From positions 1 through 64,000 of IMG/VR virus record IMGVR_UViG_3300007513_000001: a stretch of DNA of 64,000 bases; one strand, given 5' to 3'. Within the stretch, counting starts at the first letter, position 1; each line of letters opens with the position of its first letter. Under the pieces are notes generated by a model, which was not told the origin of the DNA, searched no databases, and saw only the letters and a program-made list of their open reading frames with translations. This document shows positions 34,778 to 43,980 of this stretch, one piece after another. The position numbers and the translations under genes were made by a program.

Positions 34778-34982
34778 AGGAGATGCTGTACTTTATCCTC
34801 GGGCTTCTTGGATAACAGCAACAAAATCATTTGAAACAATCCCCATGGAACCTAGTGAAGTTGGAGTAATAATCAGAAAACTATCCTCTGACAAGAGTGG
34901 AGAAGTTATCTTTTCTGTTTTGTGCAAAAACGGAGAGATTAAAGATTATTATGATTTTGAACTAAAGCATTTAGACGAGTAA
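34770..34982 (+). CDS. SH3/KOW-like miniprotein (MKVGDLV family)
   Basis: MNEGDAVL...GVII...LKHL. Confidence 0.55.
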   Translation: MNEGDAVLYPRASWITATKSFETIPMEPSEVGVIIRKLSSDKSGEVIFSVLCKNGEIKDYYDFELKHLDE

Positions 34983-34984
34983 CA

Positions 34985-35344
34985 ATGAACGAATATTATC
35001 AAACAAAAGCATCGCTTCCAAGGCAGGTAAAACATTCTGTTACTTTGACAGAAGCTTTGGAAAACTGGAGAGATCACAGACTTTTGCATGTTGCTAGTCT
35101 GTGCTCAGAATTAAACGATCCATTTAGGACAGAGTTTGGAAAAGTTCACTTAGAGTTTGCCCAAGCAGTAAATCTTATTTTGGAAGATGAAAGAAACATC
35201 CCCGCTGCAATTTTTAATTGGTTTACTGAATTGAAGACACACTTTAATAGCACCCAAGCTTTCAACAAGGGCGGAGGCCGGAGAGGTGGATTGGGTATTT
35301 GCGGTGCAGAACTAGAACAAATAATCAATCTTGGTTTGCAGTGA
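34985..35344 (+). CDS. hypothetical protein
   Basis: ORF. Confidence 0.55.
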   Translation: MNEYYQTKASLPRQVKHSVTLTEALENWRDHRLLHVASLCSELNDPFRTEFGKVHLEFAQAVNLILEDERNIPAAIFNWFTELKTHFNSTQAFNKGGGRRGGLGICGAELEQIINLGLQ

Positions 35345-35529
35345 TGGATTTTACTAATCTTTGGCTAAAAGTCATAAAAGAAAACAGTCTTTTACCTGTT
35401 GGAGAAGTAGTCTACTGCATTGTAGACGAAGGTTTTCAATTTAGAGTTAAGACGAGCGGAGATTTCCACGGAGTACGCGAGTTTATATTTGCGGAAGAAC
35501 ATAAAGAAAAATTTGGAATTTTAAATTGA
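35344..35529 (+). CDS. hypothetical protein
   Basis: TGATG overlap. Confidence 0.5.
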   Translation: MDFTNLWLKVIKENSLLPVGEVVYCIVDEGFQFRVKTSGDFHGVREFIFAEEHKEKFGILN

Positions 35530-35535
35530 GGGAAA

Positions 35536-35877
35536 ATGGACAACATTATTAAAATTGTAGAAATCAAGGGCGAAGATCCTATTCTTCGCAAGGGAAATTT
35601 GGTAAGGCTCGTAATAGCAGAACCTAACGATGACCCCGATTATAATCTAGACCTAGCCGAACACTGCTTAGGCTATTGCGGTTTCGTAACAGAGGTTCAT
35701 CAACGCTATGGCGAAGATTCTGTAGCTCCGAATCAAGCCATGATATTTTCAGTCGCGTTCCCTTTTGAAGAGGGTTGGGAAGAGTTAGCGAACATTGAGC
35801 TCCCAGCTATTCATCGAATCTTAGGCCAAGATTTAGAAGCGGGTTATGGCGCGGAAGAAGCTCATGGAAATGAATAA
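35536..35877 (+). CDS. hypothetical protein (SH3-like core)
   Basis: LRKGNLVR...GFVT; GAGG RBS. Confidence 0.55.
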   Translation: MDNIIKIVEIKGEDPILRKGNLVRLVIAEPNDDPDYNLDLAEHCLGYCGFVTEVHQRYGEDSVAPNQAMIFSVAFPFEEGWEELANIELPAIHRILGQDLEAGYGAEEAHGNE

Positions 35878-36097
35878 AGAAAAATATAGCACCCTTTTAA
35901 AGCGATTTGCACTTGAAATATCTGAGGTGGGTGTAAGCGATGAATTAGTTTCGCTTGTGAGAGACAAGACTAATACGCACCCAAACACAAGCGCAGCAGC
36001 TGGAGAAGAAACTACTGATCGTTTTGAATACAGGTACCAAGGTTATTCAATCACGGCTGTTCGAACCGTAAAGCTGAGCGTACAAAAGGTAAAATAG
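35870..36097 (+). CDS. hypothetical protein
   Basis: ORF. Confidence 0.5.
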   Translation: MNKEKYSTLLKRFALEISEVGVSDELVSLVRDKTNTHPNTSAAAGEETTDRFEYRYQGYSITAVRTVKLSVQKVK

Positions 36098-36292
36098 ATG
36101 TCTAAGAAAAGATTAGAGTGGGAAGTAAGAAAAATCAAAGAAGGCGCCGATAAAGGAAAATGGGGCGTATTTCTTTGCGAAAAGTATTGGAAATATAAAG
36201 ACAAGCCCGTTTGTTATGGCGCAGCTGTTACAAAAAAGGGAGCGCAAGCAGCCGTCGACAGAATGAACGATCCCGACTACTACATGGAATGA
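36098..36292 (+). CDS. hypothetical protein
   Basis: ORF. Confidence 0.55.
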   Translation: MSKKRLEWEVRKIKEGADKGKWGVFLCEKYWKYKDKPVCYGAAVTKKGAQAAVDRMNDPDYYME

Positions 36293-36561
36293 CGAATAAA
36301 TGGAGACATTATGTTTTAAAGTGCTCTGATGGATCTTTCTACTCAGGGTCCACTACAGACATAATCAGAAGAGTTTATGAGCACAACCAAGGAAAAGGAG
36401 CAAAATACACGAGGGCTCGTTTACCAGTGAGCATTGTGTATATTGAAAGCTATCCGGACCGGTCTGCTGCTCAGAAAGCTGAAGCTGCATTTAAAAAATT
36501 AAGCAGAAAACAAAAGGAAGAATTTCTAGAAAAATGGGGAAATAATGAAACCCGTAAATAG
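36289..36561 (+). CDS. GIY-YIG nuclease, UPF0213/YhbQ-like
   Basis: YVLKCSDGSFYSGSTTD..RRVYEHNQGKGAKYTRARLP. Confidence 0.85.
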   Translation: MTNKWRHYVLKCSDGSFYSGSTTDIIRRVYEHNQGKGAKYTRARLPVSIVYIESYPDRSAAQKAEAAFKKLSRKQKEEFLEKWGNNETRK

Positions 36562-36763
36562 AGATGAGTTTGGTACGGGGGATCTGGTAAGAGTGATCAA
36601 TAATATTGGCGAGCCAGGTCTTCCAGAAAACAGAACTGGCATAATCGTAGAAATGCTGATAAACCCCAGTCAAAACGTTGCAGACTGCGCCAATGTTTTA
36701 TTTCACAACCAAGAAATACTGAAGTTTCATGTGTGCCATTTAAGAAAAGTTGATTATTGTTAA
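36545..36763 (+). CDS. SH3/KOW-like miniprotein (MKVGDLV family)
   Basis: FGTGDLVRV...GIIV...LRKV. Confidence 0.6.
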   Translation: MKPVNRDEFGTGDLVRVINNIGEPGLPENRTGIIVEMLINPSQNVADCANVLFHNQEILKFHVCHLRKVDYC

Positions 36764-36822
36764 TTTTTTTTTATAAACTATACGCACAGGGTATAATATT
36801 AAACATCTTTAAAGGAGAAGAT

Positions 36823-37296
36823 ATGTCAATTTTGAAAAAATTAAACAGCTTAAATCTTCCACCAGAAACTATGGTGTCTCTTTCTTTCGAAGAGGGTTGT
36901 GATGTTTTCGTGCACAACGAATCCGAAGTAGAGACCGCTCTGTCTCAAACTGACGTAGTGGCTACTTTAGCTAGCTTGCTTTCTACGCCAGGAGTCAAAG
37001 TGTATTCTAATTGGGGATCCGAGCTTTTAGAAGAGATGAGAAGCCAAGACTTGCTTGAGGATTACGAAAGAGGGAGTTTTGGTTTTGAAGAATATCTTGC
37101 TGAGACGATTACTGATAATTTTTACGATCTAGAAATGGTAGATTATTCAATCGAAAAGTACGACTACAAGCGAGGATTTTGTACTTTGTCTGCTAGAGTT
37201 CAAATTCCATTGGCGAATCTTTTAGAACACGCTCCCTACATTGGCTGCTGGACAACCAAAGTATCCACTGAAAACGGTACACTAACTCTAGATTAA
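36823..37296 (+). CDS. hypothetical acidic protein
   Basis: AGGAG RBS; TATAAT upstream. Confidence 0.65.
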   Translation: MSILKKLNSLNLPPETMVSLSFEEGCDVFVHNESEVETALSQTDVVATLASLLSTPGVKVYSNWGSELLEEMRSQDLLEDYERGSFGFEEYLAETITDNFYDLEMVDYSIEKYDYKRGFCTLSARVQIPLANLLEHAPYIGCWTTKVSTENGTLTLD

Positions 37297-37299
37297 ATT

Positions 37300-37527
37300 A
37301 TGGAAGTTGGAGATTTGGTTTGCGATCCAGATATTAAGAAGTCTAAATATTCTTGGTGTGTAGATCGCAACCTCGGTCTTATTATTGGCGATGAAAACAC
37401 TGAAAACATGAGAGTTCCACCTTCATATTGTGATTGTTATAACGAAAAATTTGTCGTTTGGTGGATAAAAGCTAACATAGTTTTTGAACAGTGCGAATGT
37501 GAGCTGGAGGTTATAAACTGTGCTTGA
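37300..37527 (+). CDS. SH3/KOW-like miniprotein (MKVGDLV family)
   Basis: MEVGDLVCD...LEVIN. Confidence 0.65.
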   Translation: MEVGDLVCDPDIKKSKYSWCVDRNLGLIIGDENTENMRVPPSYCDCYNEKFVVWWIKANIVFEQCECELEVINCA

Positions 37528-37822
37528 ATATATCCCAGACGGGTTCACGTTTGGCGCTGTGGATAACGGTATCGTACTTGTTGGTATGTATATGGGGGTC
37601 GACATCGAAGGGTGGGTAGCTAAAAAGATGGGCAAGAAATCTAATCCTCTGCTTGGAGCAGTGATAGGAGCAACTGGATTTAACGCTATTTCTGATGGAG
37701 CCGCGGCTGCGATCGACCCTTCGATGCACGGAATGACTTTTGGGGTGATGCTGGGGTGCGTGGTAGTTATGTTTGCTATTCCGTTGATCGAAAAATTCCG
37801 AGGGCGTAAAAATGAAGATTAG
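37520..37822 (+). CDS. membrane protein
   Basis: Three hydrophobic segments. Confidence 0.6.
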   Translation: MLEYIPDGFTFGAVDNGIVLVGMYMGVDIEGWVAKKMGKKSNPLLGAVIGATGFNAISDGAAAAIDPSMHGMTFGVMLGCVVVMFAIPLIEKFRGRKNED

Positions 37823-38048
37823 CAGAGACGATGTTTTTGCTGATGGACGAAAAAGCAAAATCCGCGATGCAGTAAAAACGGCTCCAGAGCCTGGAAGCTT
37901 AGTTAACTATCTCGATGGGAAAGCTCTAGTAATGTCTGCTCCACGTTATGAAAATTTTATTGGAGCTTTAGTGGAGATTTGGGTAGATAGCAGAAGAATT
38001 AAAGTTCCCCTTGGGTTAATTTCTGTTATTAAGGAGAATGAAGAATGA
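37812..38048 (+). CDS. hypothetical protein (SH3-like core)
   Basis: PGSLVNY...ISVI. Confidence 0.5.
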   Translation: MKISRDDVFADGRKSKIRDAVKTAPEPGSLVNYLDGKALVMSAPRYENFIGALVEIWVDSRRIKVPLGLISVIKENEE

Positions 38049-38269
38049 AAATGATGTTTAGAGACCAAAAAAGAGTTTATGAAGTCGAAGTAAAAGAAAA
38101 CGAAGTTATAATTTGCGATAAATTTGAAGGTGAGAAAATATCAATGAGTCGATATGGATTTCGCAGATTCCTAGAATGGATGTCAGAAGAAACTCGACCA
38201 TGGCAAAGAGCAAGCTCAGAATCGCAGACAGTAGACGTTTGGGATTTATCGGCCACAGACAAAAAATAG
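38045..38269 (+). CDS. hypothetical protein
   Basis: AGGAG RBS. Confidence 0.55.
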   Translation: MKMMFRDQKRVYEVEVKENEVIICDKFEGEKISMSRYGFRRFLEWMSEETRPWQRASSESQTVDVWDLSATDKK

Positions 38270-38308
38270 ATGTACAAAATGTTGGGTGATATATAATAGC
38301 CTAACGAT

Positions 38309-38340
38309 AAGAGGTACCTTGAAGGGTACCTCTTGTTTTT
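38309..38340 (+). terminator. hairpin with T tail (terminator-like)
   Basis: AAGAGGTACC/GGTACCTCTT stem followed by GTTTTT. Confidence 0.45.
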
Positions 38341-38370
38341 AAGTTGAACAATTTAAAGGGAGGAGATAAA

Positions 38371-38490
38371 ATGAAGTATCTCATTACAATTATTGCGTGC
38401 GGTTTTCTTGCTGCATGTGGTGATAAAGATGATGCTGATACTGGTGCCGATACCGCAGAGGTTGTCGATACCAGCGAATCAGTCGAGTAG
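38371..38490 (+). CDS. 39-aa lipoprotein (not in ORF track)
   Basis: GGAGGAG RBS; MKYLITIIACGFLAAC lipobox; DTGADT tail. Confidence 0.7.
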   Translation: MKYLITIIACGFLAACGDKDDADTGADTAEVVDTSESVE

Positions 38491-38494
38491 TCGA

Positions 38495-38530
38495 AATCCG
38501 CAGGGAGGCATGGGATTATAGATGCCTCAC
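38495..38530 (+). repeat. intergenic hairpin repeat, copy 1
   Basis: AATCCGCAGGGAGGCAT...ATGCCTCAC. Confidence 0.7.
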
Positions 38531-38561
38531 ACTCAACACACACACATAAAGGAGATAAAAA

Positions 38562-38816
38562 ATGAGTGATTCAAAAAGAAGCGGGTATGCCATCCGCGCA
38601 GACATTCTTGGAATGGCAATTGGCATATTGGAAAGTCGTAATTCGCGGCAATTCGATAACGAAATGTTGAAAGAAGAAGTTGATCGTGAAGCGGTCACCC
38701 CCTACGCAACTGAAGATGTTATTCATGTAGCTGAAAAGCTTTATGCTTTTGTAGAGAATGGGTCTTCAAAACATAACCTTCGGAATCGTGTTGTCTTTAC
38801 GGGCGAAGAAGGCTGA
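38562..38816 (+). CDS. hypothetical phage protein
   Basis: AGGAG RBS; GYAIRADIL...EDVIHVAEKLYAFV. Confidence 0.7.
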   Translation: MSDSKRSGYAIRADILGMAIGILESRNSRQFDNEMLKEEVDREAVTPYATEDVIHVAEKLYAFVENGSSKHNLRNRVVFTGEEG

Positions 38817-38820
38817 TCCG

Positions 38821-38856
38821 AATCCGCAGGGAGGCACGGGGTTACAGGTGCCTCAC
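38821..38856 (+). repeat. intergenic hairpin repeat, copy 2
   Basis: AATCCGCAGGGAGGCAC...GTGCCTCAC. Confidence 0.7.
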
Positions 38857-39035
38857 ATTATAAGGGAACATACAATGGTAGAATTCATGGCAGCAGGAGT
38901 CCTCGTCGGGCTTTGGACAGTCGCTGGAGTTGCAATGGCAAATGCTTTGGTGCGTGGATAAAATGAAAATAATTGATTACGTTGAAGTAATTTCTTTAGT
39001 CGGAGCTGGTTTCGCGATCGGAGAAGTCTGCAGAA

Positions 39036-39677
39036 TTATTTGGTGTCTATAATCGGTAATATCTGAACTGTGTCTTGAACGACTTTTACGCGAGCTCGGC
39101 CTTTTACATCACGGACTTCTTTCACTAGCTCACCAATGGTGGGATAATCTCTAGTGCCCATTGATCTTGCGTCATCGATAATAATTGCATGTACCATCGA
39201 TTCGCCATCTCCAGAAGCTGGAATATTTGATGGGTGTCGAAGAATCATCTGAAGCTCTTGGAAAGCTACACAGTCTCGGTATGGCAGCCGAGTAGTGTCT
39301 CCTTTTGAATAGTGGGCATCTAACCAAAACACGCAAGGACCTTCAAGGGAGTTTAAAAAACTTGGAAGGACATCCAAACTATTTCCACATACCAGCTCGA
39401 CTTCAGCAGGCAGCTTACCCTGGAGTCTTCCAAAACCATTTTGTCTGTCAATTCGAACTCTTGCTACTTCTAAACATTTTTCAGACAACTCTACAGACAT
39501 GATGCGATCAAACTCTCGGATCATCATTTCTACAGTAGCTCCATCGTAAGTACCGGTTTCGATGAATTCTCTAGCTCCGATCATATCGCGGCAAGTCTTT
39601 AAGATTCCTCGCACTTCTTTTCGACGAGTTGTCATCAATTCGGGTCGGCTAAACTTTTCCACACTCTTACTACTCAT
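39036..39677 (-). CDS. class I SAM-dependent methyltransferase-like protein
   Basis: FIETGTYDG; SVEL; GNSLDVL; FWLDAH; IIIDD. Confidence 0.7.
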   Translation of the reverse strand: MSSKSVEKFSRPELMTTRRKEVRGILKTCRDMIGAREFIETGTYDGATVEMMIREFDRIMSVELSEKCLEVARVRIDRQNGFGRLQGKLPAEVELVCGNSLDVLPSFLNSLEGPCVFWLDAHYSKGDTTRLPYRDCVAFQELQMILRHPSNIPASGDGESMVHAIIIDDARSMGTRDYPTIGELVKEVRDVKGRARVKVVQDTVQILPIIDTK

Positions 39678-39764
39678 GTCATATCTCCACTACACTAAAT
39701 ATATTCAGAGACTCAGATCTTGAACGAATTTCAAACCACATTCGAGTGCAACACAAATCTAAAA

Positions 39765-39938
39765 CTATAGAATCCCCACCCACCACCACATCGCCAAGAT
39801 CGTTGTAGAACAGAAGATCAGCTGAAAGAGCAAGTAACTCACAATCGCCTTAGTGTCATCGTGCAACTCTTTAAAGTACGGAGTCGTAGACCACAGCCAA
39901 TCTATCAAGCGGTATAGCGGGTCGTCATGGTACAACAT
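39765..39938 (-). CDS. 57-aa membrane peptide (not in ORF track)
   Basis: MLYHDD...WWWVGIL; ATACTTA just upstream. Confidence 0.45.
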   Translation of the reverse strand: MLYHDDPLYRLIDWLWSTTPYFKELHDDTKAIVSYLLFQLIFCSTTILAMWWWVGIL

Positions 39939-40175
39939 TAACCTATAAGTATCTCATCTCTCGGTCCCTGTTCTCGATTTTTCTTTTTTGCTGGGTTCTT
40001 TTTATCTGTCGGTTCGCGAGTGAGGTCAAAATGTATATGGCAGACGGTGCAGCAGAGGCACAATGCCCAGCCGATCGACGTCCTGGAATCCTATCGTTTC
40101 TTTTTTCAGGGGCAAAACCGAGCAAAATCTAAAAGTACTCTGCCTTAGCCTACCCACGCGTAGGAGTACCCTATC

Positions 40176-40297
40176 TGTAACTGTATTTATTATTCTGCTG
40201 TGTTACTGTAACATATTAATGTATCATTTGTATCATTTAATTAATTGTAACACTGTAACACTATTTGTATCACGTTGTGTAACATATAAATGTATCA
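40176..40297. repeat. AT-rich array of TGTAAC (x5) and TGTATCA (x4)
   Basis: Counted directly; non-coding. Confidence 0.65.
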
Positions 40298-40305
40298 TCA
40301 GCTTC

Positions 40306-40611
40306 GCTGAGATTCAGTTTCACGTGGGCTGGAGTGAATTTTTTTCTATACATCCGACCCGGCAAGTTTAGATTTTAAATAGGAGGTGAAAACTTTGGAA
40401 CACATTCAAGTCGGGCTATTAACAGCCCGTGAGACCCTAGAGGTAAAATACGACGACGCACTGGTGCAGTTGAGTGAAGCACTAAAAGCCGACGATTCTT
40501 CGATGATTAACACATGGGAAGCTTACATTCGCGATATCGAGACACAGATGCGCCACTTGGAAAATATCCCAGCTGAAAGCTGAGATTTAGTTTCGCGTGG
40601 GCTGGAGTGAA
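40306..40611 (+). repeat. 33-bp direct repeats flanking a small ORF
   Basis: 40306-40338 and 40579-40611, 2 mismatches. Confidence 0.8.
40386..40583 (+). CDS. small helical hypothetical protein
   Basis: AGGAGG RBS, GTG start. Confidence 0.65.
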   Translation: MKTLEHIQVGLLTARETLEVKYDDALVQLSEALKADDSSMINTWEAYIRDIETQMRHLENIPAES

Positions 40612-40711
40612 AAATAGTTTATAAACGCTTGAACACCCTATGGTTCGGGTATATTATTCTATCAGGTTGCAGGAAATGCAGCCAATTGCTTTCAAAACAG
40701 GAGAAAAAAGC

Positions 40712-40951
40712 ATGCCATACTCTAACACTAAGTCCACCAAGCGCTTCAGCTTCGGTATCAGCCGCAACGACACCAGCCACAAGGCCGGCGCAAACAGTCT
40801 CACCATCGCCACTCTTCCTTACGAGGACAGCCAGTACAGCGTTGGCCAGACCCAGCTCCGCATGACGGTCCGTGAAGCACGCGCTCTTCAGAGCTTCCTC
40901 AACACTGAGCTAGCTAGCGTAGATATTTCGGATGACTCCGGCGTTATCTAG
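40712..40951 (+). CDS. hypothetical early protein
   Basis: AGGAG RBS; TTGAAC-N17-TATTAT upstream; GC-rich codons. Confidence 0.65.
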   Translation: MPYSNTKSTKRFSFGISRNDTSHKAGANSLTIATLPYEDSQYSVGQTQLRMTVREARALQSFLNTELASVDISDDSGVI

Positions 40952-40974
40952 TCCTGGTGGATTAGATTAGAAAT

Positions 40975-41020
40975 GAAGCCGGGTTGACAGGGGTTGGCCC
41001 GGTTTCTTTTTTGTTTTTTT
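40975..41020 (+). terminator. intrinsic terminator
   Basis: GAAGCCGGGTT/GGCCCGGTTTC stem plus long T run. Confidence 0.8.
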
Positions 41021-41029
41021 TGCGCAATC

Positions 41030-41059
41030 TGTAAAAAAAGGCCTCAGATTTGGTATAAT
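41030..41059 (+). promoter_or_regulatory. early-type promoter TGTAAA-N18-TATAAT
   Basis: Motif match; 36 bp identical to the 13425 copy. Confidence 0.8.
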
Positions 41060-41108
41060 ACTACTATAAGGACAGCAAATTAATCAACTCCCGCCCGGAG
41101 AAAAACAT

Positions 41109-41846
41109 ATGGCCCGTCGCCCGAAACTCATTACACTTGAAGCGGTTTCCGACACTACGCACAAAGATCACAAGCGACACACTGAGCACTTGATGATCGA
41201 CTTGCTCCGCAAATATCCACGCGGCGCAAATTGTAAGCTTACTCTAAGCGATTATCGTAGTCACTACTCTGGACATCCGCGGCTCGTCGACGAAGAAGTC
41301 CGTAATCACGGAAGCCACGAAGAAAACTGTGGCTATAATGATTTGCTTATCTATCGCTGGTGCTGCGCACTGAATATCGACGCTAGTGAATGGGATTGGC
41401 GACATGTCGTCCGGAAGTACTGGCCCGAACTTGGAAAGAACGGTGTTACTCGTCGGTCACGGCGACTCTCCGCACGGACTGAGGGAGCGTATCGTCGAAT
41501 TATGCGGGCAGGACGCCCCGGTATTTACAGCGTCAACTTCGGTCATGGATACAACTCTCGCAACAACGAGATGAAGGTCTACGCTGAAAATTCTGATATG
41601 GCGGTGATGACTGCTAAGATTAATCTTGGCGCCACCTTCGAAAACAAGGACGAAGCCAACGCAACCTTCGAACGTGAGGGTTGCCCTTCCGAGCTGATGG
41701 GATTGAACCACAGCCGCTGCGCGCAATTTGAACGGGCAGCCGCTCAGAAGAAAACGCAGATCGAATCACTCAAAAGAGAAATCGAACTGTTGGAGCTCCG
41801 ATCAGTTATGCTTAAGACTTACTCTATCGCAGCGGTGGCAGGATGA
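41109..41846 (+). CDS. hypothetical early protein
   Basis: GGAG RBS after promoter. Confidence 0.7.
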   Translation: MARRPKLITLEAVSDTTHKDHKRHTEHLMIDLLRKYPRGANCKLTLSDYRSHYSGHPRLVDEEVRNHGSHEENCGYNDLLIYRWCCALNIDASEWDWRHVVRKYWPELGKNGVTRRSRRLSARTEGAYRRIMRAGRPGIYSVNFGHGYNSRNNEMKVYAENSDMAVMTAKINLGATFENKDEANATFEREGCPSELMGLNHSRCAQFERAAAQKKTQIESLKREIELLELRSVMLKTYSIAAVAG

Positions 41847-42142
41847 GCGTTGAACTCTGTAAAACTCTAGCATCGACTATGTCTGATAGCGATCTTGCGC
41901 GAGGCTGGCGTATTCTTTACGAAGAGCACAAGAAGCGTGAGGAAGGAATCGCTATTAAGAACAAATATGCTCTCATTAGCGGCATGCGCGTTGAATGGCT
42001 TGGTCGTGGTGGAATCGTCATGACTGGTACTATCGATAGAGTTAAGCGAAAGAAAGCGCTTGTCTGGGCAGACCTCAATGGTCGACCCGATAAATCACAA
42101 CGGTGGGATATTCCGCTAGGTATGCTTACAAAGATTTCCTAA
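41843..42142 (+). CDS. hypothetical protein (SH3-like C-terminal part)
   Basis: SGMRVEW...GTIDRV...LTKI. Confidence 0.6.
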   Translation: MSVELCKTLASTMSDSDLARGWRILYEEHKKREEGIAIKNKYALISGMRVEWLGRGGIVMTGTIDRVKRKKALVWADLNGRPDKSQRWDIPLGMLTKIS

Positions 42143-42294
42143 GGAGGGAAAATGAGCAAGAAGACGTCATCCGTTCACTATAACGAAAATGTTAAGAATG
42201 CGACAATTGAATTGTTTCTAGCCGGCAGGTCGCACGATCAGATTGAGAGCGCTATCAGGAAGATGATCCGGGCCCACAAGACGCGTGGAGGTAA

Positions 42295-42483
42295 GTGATG
42301 TACATTTACAAGATTATTATTACGTACAGCGGCGGTGGAGTAAAGACTGAATGGCTTTGCCCCAATAAGGGAGAATCGCTGTCAGACTGCGAAACTCGGA
42401 TGAAGGGATATATTGACGATCTCGAAGCCAATGTTGATATCGTGCACGTAAAGTGTACACGGCGAACGATGCCAGGAATTTAA
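42295..42483 (+). CDS. hypothetical protein
   Basis: GGAGG RBS. Confidence 0.5.
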   Translation: MMYIYKIIITYSGGGVKTEWLCPNKGESLSDCETRMKGYIDDLEANVDIVHVKCTRRTMPGI

Positions 42484-42511
42484 AAAAAAAGATAAAAAAA
42501 GATGGGAGTTC

Positions 42512-42541
42512 TGTAAAAAATCCACCTATTTATGGTATAAT
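42512..42541 (+). promoter_or_regulatory. early-type promoter TGTAAA-N18-TATAAT
   Basis: Motif match. Confidence 0.8.
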
Positions 42542-42614
42542 ATTACTATAAGGTGGAAGGAACAAGGAACCCCACTTTTCAATCTCAAACCCCCAACTCC
42601 CCGGAGTCTCTCAC

Positions 42615-43694
42615 ATGGACATCAAAACTTTCAACTCCATCGCCCCCAATCTTCCTGCAGAGATCGCCATCCTGATGCGCGGTCCCACCGGAGTTGGTAA
42701 GTCCCATGTCGCCCGAGGTCTGGCTAAGAAGCTCGAACTCCCCTATATCGACGTCCGCGGTTCGACCATGGATGAGTCGGATATGGGTATCCCTGATATG
42801 GCGAAGTCTGCTGAGGTAGGCGCTTACACCAAGATGGTTCCCACCTGGTACCTCCGGGCTTGCCAAGAGCCGGTTGTCCTCATGCTGGACGAATTGAACC
42901 GCTCGATGCCGCAGGTTATGCAGAGCTTCTTCCAGATCGTTCTGGACCGTGAGCTTGGTAACCTCGCAGACGGTGAGGCACTCCGCCTTCACCCCGAAAC
43001 CCGCGTTATCGCGGCTGTCAACTGGGGCGCTGAGTACGATGTAAACGATATGGATCCCGCACTCCTCCGTCGGTTCTTCGTTGCTGACCTTGCTCCTTCT
43101 GCTGAAGATTGGATTGAGTGGGCTTCGACCGAAGGCTTGGATGAGATTCTGATCGACTTCATCCGTCAGAACTCTGCCCACTGGCGAGTTGATCCTTCGG
43201 CTGTCGAGCCGGGAACGGTTACTCCGACTCCCGCATCCTGGCACCGTCTGGATACTTCTCTCTCCCACATGGGTTGGGGACCTTCGAAGTTCGCTGGTAA
43301 GGACACCCCTGCCGGTTTCTACGGTACCCTGCTCGGCTTCGTTGGAGTCGAGGCTGCCATCGCCTTCAAGGGCTTCATCAAGGATTACGAGCGGCAGATC
43401 TCTGCAGAGGACATCGTCGAAGGACGCATTCACCCCTCTGAGTTCATGGACCTCCCTGCTGGTACGAAGAACTCGGTAATCGATAAGGTTTCCGACCACT
43501 GCAAGAACAACGAGTGGAGCATGGAGCAGGCTGATAACGTTGCTGCCTTTGGTAAGAACATCGGCGGTGAGAACACCGTTCAGCTCTGGAACAAGATTTC
43601 CAGCTCTAACAACCTCCCCAACATTCAGAAGCTCCACAAGCTGATGGGTGCCGAGGTGGTGCAGATCGTCCAAGCTTCTCGCAACCTTAAGTAA
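42615..43694 (+). CDS. MoxR-like AAA+ ATPase
   Basis: GPTGVGKS; MLDELNR; VIAAVN; DPALLRRF. Confidence 0.9.
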   Translation: MDIKTFNSIAPNLPAEIAILMRGPTGVGKSHVARGLAKKLELPYIDVRGSTMDESDMGIPDMAKSAEVGAYTKMVPTWYLRACQEPVVLMLDELNRSMPQVMQSFFQIVLDRELGNLADGEALRLHPETRVIAAVNWGAEYDVNDMDPALLRRFFVADLAPSAEDWIEWASTEGLDEILIDFIRQNSAHWRVDPSAVEPGTVTPTPASWHRLDTSLSHMGWGPSKFAGKDTPAGFYGTLLGFVGVEAAIAFKGFIKDYERQISAEDIVEGRIHPSEFMDLPAGTKNSVIDKVSDHCKNNEWSMEQADNVAAFGKNIGGENTVQLWNKISSSNNLPNIQKLHKLMGAEVVQIVQASRNLK

Positions 43695-43950
43695 TCCCAA
43701 CTGGGGAGAACACTGTTCGCGCTGTTAACACAGCCGTCTGGAGCCGAAGGGCTAGGTTCTCCCCAAAACCAATCAACGGAGTCCCACATGGTTTGGACAG
43801 CAATTTGTGCAAATGAACTAGTATTGTCTTTTAACACTTCGGCCAACTGCATTCGTGAAGCTACAGATCACGCTCGCGAAGAAGCCAGGATGGCTGGATC
43901 TTGGCTGATCTGCCTCGTCAAGGGAAAGGTTGAAAATAACGTATATTTCG

Positions 43951-43980
43951 TTTAAACATCGTCTATATCATTACTATAAT
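43951..43980 (+). promoter_or_regulatory. variant promoter TTTAAA-N18-TATAAT
   Basis: Same 18-bp spacing, one mismatch. Confidence 0.5.
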
